Shown: one piece after another, positions 1-10,800 of the stretch
How the letters are laid out: each line of letters opens with the position of its first letter
How positions within the stretch are numbered: position 1 is the stretch's first letter
Origin: Balanoglossus misakiensis
Lineage: Eukaryota > Animalia > Hemichordata
Direction: 5' to 3'
Length of the DNA stretch: 64,000 bases
Assembly: GCA_040954595.2 (NCBI GenBank)
Contig: CM082592.2
Span: 434,001-498,000 of the forward strand
Made by a program: the position numbers and the translations under genes
The notes under the pieces: generated by a model
Database searches by the model: none
The model's input: only the letters and a program-made list of their open reading frames with translations
What the model was told of the DNA's origin: nothing

Positions 1-364
1 TTAGCCAAGCCATGCCGTAGGAAATCTGACTTGATAAACGTTGCTAACGAACGCTAGTGTCTGTCATAGTGTGCCGGGGTTTTAGTCGAGCCAAGCCGTA
101 GGAGATCAGACTTGATCAACGTGGTCTCTGTACGCGTGTTTCTGCTCTAGAGTGCCGGGGCTTTATCCGAGCTATGCCGTAGAAAATCTGACTTGATCAC
201 CGTTGCTAACTTACGCTAGTGTCTGTCATATTGTGACGGAGATTTAGCCGAGCCAGGCCGTAGAAAAATCGACTTGTTCAACGTTACCAGTGTGCAACTG
301 TTTCTGCTCTAGAGTGTCAGGGTTTTAGCCGACTTGTGCTGTAGGAAATCTGAGTTGATGAACG

Positions 365-1320
365 GGAATTCAATGTTAGAAAACCCGTGTGTAAAGTATC
401 TCTACCCGTTTGAAACTAAGAAAAGAATTTATTCTTATTTATTTTGTAAAACAAGACAATTTTTCGAAAAAAAGTCGAAAATGGTAATTTTGTCTTGGGT
501 GATTCAAATTATACCGCCTTTTCTGGAATTTGCAGCACTTTTTAGAAGAGAACGACACTTCATGCTCCATAATATTTCCGAAAATGAAGAAAAGAGTTAA
601 TTTTTTATGATTTTTTAAAAAATTACCATTTTTGTCAAAATATGGCCAAAATGGCTATTTTTTCTTGAATTCCGTCAATATCTCTGCATTTTTGGAGTGG
701 TCGAAACGTTTAACATACAATCAACATGTCATATATGATCGGGGCACCAAATTCGAAGAACAAAGGTTTTTTTATTTTTTTTTCTAAAAATGACATTTTC
801 AAGGAAAATTTGGTAAAACGCAATTTTGTCTGCAGTGAGCCAAATTAGACGGTCTTTTGTGGAATTTGTATCGATATATACATACGAAGAGCATTCTATA
901 CTCCATCAGATTTCCGAAAATGTAGAAAAGGGTATTTTTTGTAATTTTGAAAAATTTTCCATTTTGACCAAATTGTGGCTAAAATTGTTATTTTCGTGTT
1001 GAATGCCGCCAGTGTCACTGCTTTTAAAAGTCATAAAAACTTTTAATATACAAGCAATTGTTTATATATGATCAGGTCACCGAATTAAAAAAATAAAGAA
1101 TGTTTTGCCTAAAAATGACCTTTTTGGTGCAAAAACGAATAAAACGCAATTTTGTATTAAATCAGCTCATTCAGAGTGCATTTTTATAATCAGCACCATT
1201 TTTACATATAATGGAAATTTCATACATCATCAGATATACAAATATGAAAAGATGATTTAGATTTTAGATGATTGTCCAAAATTAGCTGATATCTGATAAA
1301 TGTAGTATTGAACCGTTCTG
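365..1320. repeat. AT-rich block of the unit (example copy): ~5.5 diverged ~168 bp monomers arranged as a ~336 bp dimer
   Basis: atttccgaaaatg occurs at 574 and 910 (336 bp apart), with a related atatacaaatatg at 1234. Half-period matches: ccgaaaatgaagaa (578), ccaaattcgaagaa (747), ccgaaaatgtagaa (914), ccgaattaaaaaa (1080). The monomers share aaaatgacattt/aaatttaccattt and acatac...atcag motifs. Confidence 0.8.
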
Positions 1321-3958
1321 TTTCTCCCCCCCCCCCCCTACATTATATGCGGTACGCCGATGTCACCTTACCCGGCAGTACTGCAGGCCGTGCCCCCAAC
1401 TAACGTCGGTGTTTGAAGCGCCCTGGTTAAATTCGGGCTTTCTCTATAAATTAACAGGCAATAATGCAGTCCTACCCGAACAAATGTCGAGTGTTGACCC
1501 GCTGTGACTTTCCCTCTTCGGTTTGCCCGACTTAGCCAACGTCTTTGTACTAGAGGGTCGGGTCTTTTGCCGAGCCAGGCCGAAGGAAATCAGACTTGAT
1601 CACCGTTGCTAACGAACGCTAGTGTCTGTCATGGTGTGCCGGGGTTTTAGTCGAACCAGGCCGTAGGAAATCTGACTTGATCAACGTGGTCAATGTACGC
1701 CTGTTTCTGCTCTAGAGTGCAGGGGCTTCAGCTGATCCAGGCCGTAGGAAACCCGACGTGATTACCGTTGTTAACTTACGCCAGTCTGTGTCCTATATAT
1801 AGTGCGGGGCATCAGCCGTGCCAGGCCTAAGGAAATGTGAGTAGATCAATGTGGTCTCTGTACGCGTGTTTCTGCTCTAGAATGCCAGGGCTTTAGCCAA
1901 GCCATGCCGTAGGAAATCTGACTTGATCAACGTTGCTAACGAACGCTAGTGTCTGTCATAGTGTGCCGGGGTTTTAGTCGAGCCAAGCCGTAGGAGATCT
2001 GACTTGATCATCGTGGTCAATGTACGCGTGTTTCCGCTCTAAAGTGCCGGGGCTTGAGCTAAACCAGGCCGTAGGAAATCCGACGTAATCACCGTTGATA
2101 ACTTATGCCAGTCTGTGTCATATAGAGCCGGTGCACCAGCGGAGTCACGCCGTAGGACATCTGACTTGATCAACGTGGTCAATGTACGCCTGTTTCTGCT
2201 CTAGAGTGCCGGGGCTTCAGCTGAGCCAGGCCGTAGGAAACCCGACGTGATTACCGTTGTTAACTTACGCCAGTCTGTGTCCTATATATAGTGCCGGGGC
2301 ATCAGCTGTGCCAGGCCGAAGGAAATGGGAGTAGATCAACGTGGTCTCTGTACGCGTGTTTCTGCTCTAGAGTGCCAGGGCTTTAGCCAAGCCATGCCGT
2401 AGGAAATCTGACTTGATCAACGTTGCTAACGAACGCTAGTGTCTGTCATAGTGTGCCGGGGTTTTAGTCGAGCCAAGCCGTCGGAGATCAGACTTGATCA
2501 ACGTGGTCTCTGTACGCGTGTTTCTGCTCTAGAGTGCCGGGGCTTTATCCCAGCCATGCCGTAGAAAATCTGACTTGATCACCGTTGCTAACGTGCGCTA
2601 GTGTCTGTCATATTGTGACGGAGATTTAGCCGAGCCAGGCCGTAGAAAAATCGACTTGTTCAACGTTACCAGTGTGCAACTGTTTCTGCTCTAGAGTGTC
2701 AGGGTTTTAGCCGACTTATGCTGTAGGAAATCTGAGTTGATGAATGAGAATTCAATGTTAAAAAACCTGTGTGGAAAGTGTCTCTACCCTTTTGAAACTA
2801 AGAAAATAATTTATTCTTATTTATTTTGTAAAAATCACAATTTTTCGAAAAAAAAGTCGAAAATGGTAATTTTGTCATGGGTGATTCAAATTATACCGCC
2901 TTTTCTGGAATTTGCAGCACTTTTTACAAGAGAACGACACTTCATGCTCCATAATATTTCCGAAAATGAAGAAAAGAGTTAATTTTTTATGATTTTTTAA
3001 AAATTTACCATGTTTGTCAAAATATGGCCAAAATGGCTATTTTTTCTTGAATTCCGTCAATATCTCTGCATTTTTGGAGTGGTCGAAAGTTTTAACATAC
3101 AATCAACATATCATATATGATCAGGGCGCCAAATTCGAAGAACAAAGGTTTTTTTTATTTTTTTTTATAAAAATGACATTTTCAAGGAAAATTTGGTAAA
3201 ACGCAATTTTGTCTGCAGTGAGCCAAATTGGCCGTTTTTTTGTGGAATTTGTATCGATATATGTATACGAAGAGCATTCTATACTCCATCAGATTTCCGA
3301 AAATGTAGAAAACAGGTATTTTTTGTAATTTTCAAAAATTTACCATTTTGACCGAATTGTGGCTAAAATTGTTATTTTCGTGTTGAATGCCGCCAGTGTC
3401 ACTGCTTTTAAAAGTCATTAAAACTTTTAACATACAAGCAATTGTTTATATATGATCAGGTCACCGAATTTAAAGAATAAAGAATGTTTTGCCTAAAAAT
3501 GACCTTTTTGGTGCAAAAACGAATAAAACGCAATTTTGTATTAAATCAGCTCATTCAGAGTGCATTTTTATAATCAGCACCATTTTTACATATAATGGAA
3601 ATTTCATACATCATCAGATATCCAAATATGAAAAGATGATTTACATTTTAGATGATTGTCAAAAATTAGCCGATATCTGATAAATGTAGTATTGAACCGT
3701 TCTGTTCCCCCCCCCCCCTACATTATATGCGGTACGCTGATGTCAGCTTACCCGGCAGTACTGCAGGCCGTGCCCCCAAATAACGTCGGTGTTTGAAACG
3801 CCCTGGTTAAATTCGGGCTTTCTCTATAAATTGACAGGCAATAATGCAGTCCTACCGGAACAAATGTCGAGTGTTGACCCGCTGTGACTTTCCCTCTTCG
3901 GTTTGCCCGACTTAGCCAACGTCTTTGTACTAGAGTGTCGGGTCTTTTGCAGAGCCAG

Positions 3959-4800
3959 GCCGAAGGAAATCCCACTTGATCACCGTTGCTAACGAACGCT
4001 AGTGTCTGTCATGGTGTGCCGGGGTTTTAGTCGAGCCAGGCCGTAGGAGATCTGACTTGATCATCGTGGTCAATGTACGCGTGTTTCCGCTCTAAAGGGC
4101 CGGGGCTTCAGCTAAACCAGGCCGTAGGAAATCCGACGTAATCACCGTTGATAACTTACGCCAGTCTGTGTCATATAGAGCCGGTGCACCAGCCGAGTCA
4201 CGCCGTAGGAAATCTTACTTGATCAACGTGGTCAATGTACGCCTGTTTCTGCTCTAGAGTGCCGGGGCTTCAGCTGAGCCAGGCCGTGGGAAACCCGACG
4301 TGATTACCGTTGTTAACTTACGCCAGTTTGTGTCCTATATATAGTGCCGGGGCATCAGCCGTGCCAGGCCGAAGGAAATGTGAGTAGATCAACGTGGTCT
4401 CTGTACGCGTGTTTCTGCTCTAGAGTGCCAGGGCTTTAGCCAAGCCATGCCGTAGGAAATCTGACTTGATCTACGTTGCTAACGAACGCTAATGTCTGTC
4501 ATAGTGTGCCGGGGTTTTAGTCGAGCCAAGCCGTAGGAGATCAGACTTGATCAACGTGGTCTCTGTACGCGTGTTTCTGCTCTAGAGTGCCGGGGCTTTA
4601 TCCAAGCCATGCCGTAGAAAATCTGACTTGATCACCGTTGCTAACGTACGCTAGTGTCTGTCATATTGTGACGGAGATTTAGCCGAGCCAGGCCGTAGAA
4701 AAATCGACTTGTTCAACGTTACCAGTGTGCAACTGTTTCTGCTCTAGAGTGTCAGGGTTTTAGCCGACTTATGCTGTAGGAAATCTGAGTTGATGAACGG
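3959..4800. repeat. GC-rich block of the unit (example copy): ten 81 bp monomers (one is 85 bp), alternating A/B types
   Basis: The motif gccgtaggaaatctgacttgatca recurs every 81 bp (e.g. 14, 95, 176, 257, 338; 3959 to 4773 = 10x81+4). Type A has cgttgctaacgaacgctagtgtctgtcat, type B has cgtggtcaatgtacgcgtgtttctgctctagag. Confidence 0.93.
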
Positions 4801-7800
4801 GAATTCAATGTTAGAAAACCCGTGTGGAAAGTATCTCTACCCGTTTGAAACTAAGAAAAGAATTTATTCTTATTTATTTTGTAAAAAAGACAATTTTTCG
4901 AAAAAAAGTCGAAAAATTGCAATTTTGTCTTGGGTGATTCAAATTATACCGCCTTTTCTGGAATTTGCAGCACTTTTTACAAGAGAACGACACTTCATGC
5001 TCCATAATATTTCCGAAAATGAAGAAAAGAGTTAATTTTTTATGATTTTTCAAAAATTTACCATTTTTGTCAAAATATGGCCAAAATGGCTATTTTTCTT
5101 GAATTCCGTCAATATCTCAGCATTTTTGGAGTGGTCGAGAGTTTTAACATACAATCAACATGTCATATATGATCAGGGCACCAAATTCGAAGAACAAAGG
5201 TTTTTTTTTTTTTTTTCTTAAAATGACATTTTCAAGGAAAATTTGGTAAAACGCAATTTTGTCTGCAGTGAGCCAAATTAGACGGTCTTTTGTGGAATTT
5301 GTATCGATATATACATACGAAGAGCATTCTACACTCCATCAGATTTCCGAAAATGTAGAAAACAGGTATTTTTTGTAAATTTCAAAAATTTACCATTTTG
5401 ACCAAATTGTGGCTAAAATTGTTATTTTCGTGATGAATGCCGCCAGTGTCACTGCTTTTAAAAGTCATAAAAACTTTTAACATACAAGCAATTGTTTATA
5501 TATGATCAGGTCACCGAATTAAAAAAATAAAGAATGTTTTGCCTAAAATGACCTTTTTGGTGCAAAAACGAATAAAACGCAATCTTGTATTAAATCAGTT
5601 CATTCAGAGTGCATGTTTTATAATAAGCACCATTTTTACATATAATGGAAATTTCATACATCATCAGATATCCAAATATGAAAAAATGATTTAGATTTTA
5701 GATGATTGTCCAAAATAAATGTAGTATTGAACCGTTCTGTCCCCCCCCCCCCTTTTACATTATATGCGGTACGCCGATGTCAGCTTACCCGGCAGTACTG
5801 CAGACCGTGCCCCCAAATAACGTCGGTGTTTGAAACGCCCTGGTTAAATTCGGGCTTTCTCTATAAATTGACAGGCAATAATGCAGTCCTACCCGAACAA
5901 ATGTCGAGTGTTGACCCGCTGTGACTTTCCCTCTTCGGTTTGCCCGACTTAGCCAACGTCTTTGTACTAATGTGTCGGGTCTTTTGCAGAGCCAGGCCGA
6001 AGGAAATCCGACTTGATCACCGTTGCTAACGAACGCTAGTGTCTGTCATGGTGTGCCGGGGTTTTAGTCGAGCCAGGCCGTAGGAGATCTGACTTGATCA
6101 TCGTGGTCAATGTACGCGTGTTTCCGCTCTAAAGTGCCGGGGCTTCAGCTAAACCATGCCGTAGGAAATCCGACGTAATCACCGTTGATAACTTACGCCA
6201 GTCTGTGTCATATAGAGCCGGTGCACCAGCCGAGTCACGCCGTAGGAAATCTGACTTGATCAACGTGGTCAATGTACGCCTGTTTCTGCTCTAGAGTGCC
6301 GGGGCTTCAGCTGAGCCAGGCCGTGGGAAACCCGACGTGATTACCGTTGTTAACTTACGCCAGTTTGTGTCCTATATATAGTGCCGGGGCATCAGCCGTG
6401 CCAGGCCGAAGGAAATGTGAGTAGATCAACGTGGTCTCTGTACGCGTGTTTCTGCTCTAGAGTGCCAGGGCTTTAGCCAAGCCATGCCGTAGGAAATCTG
6501 ACTTGATCACCGTTGCTAACGAACGCTAGTGTCTGTCATGGTGTGCCGGGGTTTTAGTCGAGCCAGGCCGTAGGAGATCTGACTTGATCATCGTGGTCAA
6601 TGTACGCGTGTTTCCGCTCTAAAGTGCCGGGGCTTCAGCTAAACCATGCCGTAGGAAATCCGACGTAATCACCGTTGATAACTTACGCCAGTCTGTGTCA
6701 TATAGAGCCGGTGCACCAGCCGAGTCACGCCGTAGGAAATCTGACTTGATCAACGTGGTCAATGTACGCCTGTTTCTGCTCTAGAGTGCCGGGGCTTCAG
6801 CTGAGCCAGGCCGTGGGAAACCCGACGTGATTACCGTTGTTAACTTACGCCAGTTTGTGTCCTATATATAGTGCCGGGGCATCAGCTGTGCCAGGCCGAA
6901 GGAAATGTGAGTAGATCAACGTGGTCTCTGTACGCGTGTTTCTGCTCTAGAGTGCCAGGGCTTTAGCCAAGCCATGCCGTAGGAAATCTGACTTGATCAA
7001 CGTTGCTAACGAACGCTAATGTCTGTCATAGTGTGCCGGGGTTTTAGTCGAGCCAAGCCGTAGGAGATCAGACTTGATCAACGTGGTCTCTGTACGCGTG
7101 TTTCTGCTCTAGAGTGCCGGGGCTTTATCCAAGCCATGCCGTAGAAAATCTGACTTGATCACCGTTGCTAACGTACGCTAGTGTCTGTCATATTGTGACG
7201 GAGATTTAGCCGAGCCAGGCCGTAGACAAATCGACTTGTTCAACGTTACCAGTGTGCAACTGTTTCTGCTCTAGAGTGTCAGGGTTTTAGCCGACTTATG
7301 CTGTAGGAAATCTGAGTTGATGAACGGGAATTCAATGTTAGAAAACCCGTGTGGAAAGTATCTCTACCCGTTTGAAACTAAGAAAAGAATTTATTCTTAT
7401 TTATTTTGTAAAAAAGACAATTTTTCGAAAAAAAGTCGAAAAATTGCAATTTTGTCTTGGGTGATTCAAATTATACCGCCTTTTTTTGGAATTTGCAGCA
7501 CTTTTTACAAGAGAACGACACTTCATGCTCCATAATATTTCCGAAAATGAAGAAAAGAGTTAATTTTTTATGATTTTTCAAAAATTTACCATTTTTGTCA
7601 AAATATGGCCAAAATGGCTATTTTTCTTGAATTCCGTCAATATCTCTGCATTTTTGGAGTGGTCGAGAGTTTTAACATACAATCAACATGTCATATATGA
7701 TCAGGGCACCAAAGTCGAAGAATAAAGGTTTTTTTATTTTTTTTTCTAAAAATGACATTTTCAAGGAAAATTTGGTAAAACGCAATTTTGTCTGCAGTGA

Positions 7801-10800
7801 GCCAAATTAGACGGTCTTTTGTGGAATTTGTATCGATATATACATACGAAGAGCATTCTATACTCTATCAGATTTCCGAAAATGTAGAAAACAGGTATTT
7901 TTTGTAATTTTCAAAAATTTACCATTTTGACCAAATTGTGGCTAAAATTGTTATTTTCGTGATGAATGCCGCCAGTGTCACTGCTTTTAAAAGTCATAAA
8001 AACTTTTAACATACAAGCAATTGTTTATATATGATCAGGTCACCGAATTAAAAATATAAAGAATGTTTTGCCTAAAAATGACCTTTTTGGTGCAAAAACG
8101 AATAAAACGCAATCTTGTATTAAATCAGTTCATTCAGAGGGCATGTTTTATAATAAGCACCATTTTTACATATAATGGAAATTTCATACATCATCAGATA
8201 TCCAAATATGAAAAAATGATTTAGATTTTAGATGATTGTCCAAAATTAGCTGATATCTAATAAATGTAGTATTGAACCGTTCTGTCCCCCCCCCCCCCTT
8301 ACATTATATGCGGTACGCCGATGTCAGCTTACCCGGCAGTACTGCAGGCCGTGCCCCCAACTAACGTCGGTGTTTGGAACGCCCTGGTTAAATTCGGGCT
8401 TTCTCTATAAATTGACAAGCAATAATGCAGTCCTACCCGAACAAATGTCGAGTGTTGACCCGCTGTGACTTTCCCTCTTCGGTTTGCCCGACTTAGCCAA
8501 CGTCTTTGTACTAGAGTGTCGGGTCTTTTGCAGAGCCAGGCCGAAGGATATCCGACTTGATCACCGTTGCTAACGAACGCTAGTGTCTGTCATATTGTGA
8601 CGAGATTTAGCCGAGCCAGGCCGTAGAAAAATCGACTTGTTCAACGTTATCAGTGTGCAACTGTTTCTGCTCTAGAGTGTCAGGGTTTTAGCCGACTTAT
8701 GCTGTAGGAAATCTGAGTTGATGAACGGGAATTCAATGTTAGAAAACCCGTGTGGAAAGTATCTCTACCCGTTTGAAACTAAGAAAAGAATTTATTCTTA
8801 TTTATTTTTTAAAAAAGACAATTTTTCGAAAACAAGTCGAAAATGGTAATTTTGTCTTGGGTGATTCAAATTATACCACATTTTCTGGAATTTGCAGCAC
8901 TTTTTACAAGAGAACGACACTTCATGCTCCATAATATTTCCGAAAATGAAGAAAAGAGTTTATTTTTTATGATTTTTTAAAAATGTACCATTTTGTCAAA
9001 ATATGGCCAAAATGGCTATTTTTTCTTGAATTCCGTCAATATCTCTGCATTTTTGGAGTGGTCGAAAGTTTTAACATACAATCAACATGTCATATATGAT
9101 CAGGGCACCAAATTCGAAGAACGAAGGTTTTTTTATTTTATTTTTCTCAAAATGACATTTTCAAGGAAAATTTGGTAAAACGCAATTTTGTCTGCAGTGA
9201 GCCAAATTAGACGGTCTTTTGTGGAATTTGTATCGATATATATATATGAAGAGCATTCTATACTCCATCAGATTTCCGAAAATGTAGAAAACAGGTATTT
9301 TTTGTAAATTTCAAAAATTTACCATTTTGACCAAATTGTGGTTAATATTGTTATTTTCGTGTTGAATGCCGCCAGTGTCACTGCTTTTTAAAGTCATAAA
9401 AACTTTAAACATGCAAGCAATTGCTTATATATGATCAGACCACCGAATTAAAAAAATAAAGAATGTTTTGCCTAAAAATGACCTTTTTGGTGCAAAAACG
9501 AATAAAACGCAATTTTGTATTAAATCAGCTCATTCAGAGTGCATTTTTTATAATCAGCACCATTTTTACATATATTGGAAATTTCATACATCATCAGATA
9601 TCCAAATATGAAAAAATGATTTAGATTTTAGATGATTGTCCAAAATTAGCTGATATCTAATAAATGTAGTATTGAACCGTTCTGTCCCCCCCCCCTTACA
9701 TTATATGCGGTACGCCGATGTCAGCTTACCCGGCAGTACTGCAGGCCGTGCCCCCAAATAACGTCGGTGTTTGAAACGCCCTGGTTAAATTCGGGCTTTC
9801 TCTATAAATTGACAGGCAATAATGCAGTCCTACCCGAACAAATGTCGAGTGTTGACCCGCTGTGACTTTCCCTCTTCGGTTTGCCCGACTTAGCCAACGT
9901 CTTTGTACTAATGTGTCGGGTCTTTTGCAGAGCCAGGCCGAAGGAAATCCGACTTGATCACCGTTGCTAACGAACGCTAGTGTCTGTCATGGTGTGCCGG
10001 GGTTTTAGTCGAGCCAGGCCGTAGGAGATCTGACTTGATCATCGTGGTCAATGTACGCGTGTTTCCGCTATAAAGTGCCGGGGCTTCAGCTAAACCATGC
10101 CGTAGGAAATCCGACGTAATCACCGTTGATAACTTACGCCAGTCTGTGTCATATAGAGCCGGTGCACCAGCCGAGTCACGCCGTAGGAAATCTGACTTGA
10201 TCAACGTGGTCAATGTACGCCTGTTTCTGCTCTAGAGTGCCGGGGCTTCAGCTGAGCCAGGCCGTAGGAAACCCGACGTGATTACCGTTGTTAACTTACG
10301 CCAGTCTGTGTCCTATATATAGTGCCGGGGCATCAGCCGTGCCAGGCCGAAGGAAATGTGAGTAGATCAACGTGGTCTCTGTACGCGTGTTTCTGCTCTA
10401 GAGTGCCGGGGCTTTATCCAAGCCATGCCGTAGAAAATCTGACTTGATCACCGTTGCTAACGTACGATAGTGTCTGTCATATTGTGACGGAGATTTAGCC
10501 GAGCCAGGCCGTAGAAAAATCGACTTGTTCAACGTTACCAGTGTGCAACTGTTTCTGCTCTAAAGTCTCAGGGTTTTAGCCGACTTATGCTGTAGGAAAT
10601 CTGAGTTGATGAACGGGAATTCAATGTTAGAAAACCCGTGTGGAAAGTATCTCTACCCGTTTGAAACTAAGAAAAGAATTTATTCTTATTTTTTTTCTAA
10701 AAATGACATTTTCAAGGAAAATTTGGTAAAACGCAATTTTGTCTGCAGTGAGCCAAATTAGACGGTCTTTTGTGGAATTTGTATCGATATATACATGCGA

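Noticed and set aside
3601-3640. Minus-strand CTGATGA-tgtat-GAAA resembling a hammerhead ribozyme core in each unit
   Set aside because: No stem II pairing and no stem III complement; homologous monomers read CTGATGGA or CTGATCA, so chance is likely. A cmsearch with hammerhead models would settle it.
3959-4800. 81 bp (27-codon) repeats as coding repeats such as C2H2 zinc fingers, or as a CRISPR array
   Set aside because: Stops recur in the frames examined, one monomer is 85 bp, there is no Cys/His pattern, and the 'spacers' are homologous to each other with no cas genes.
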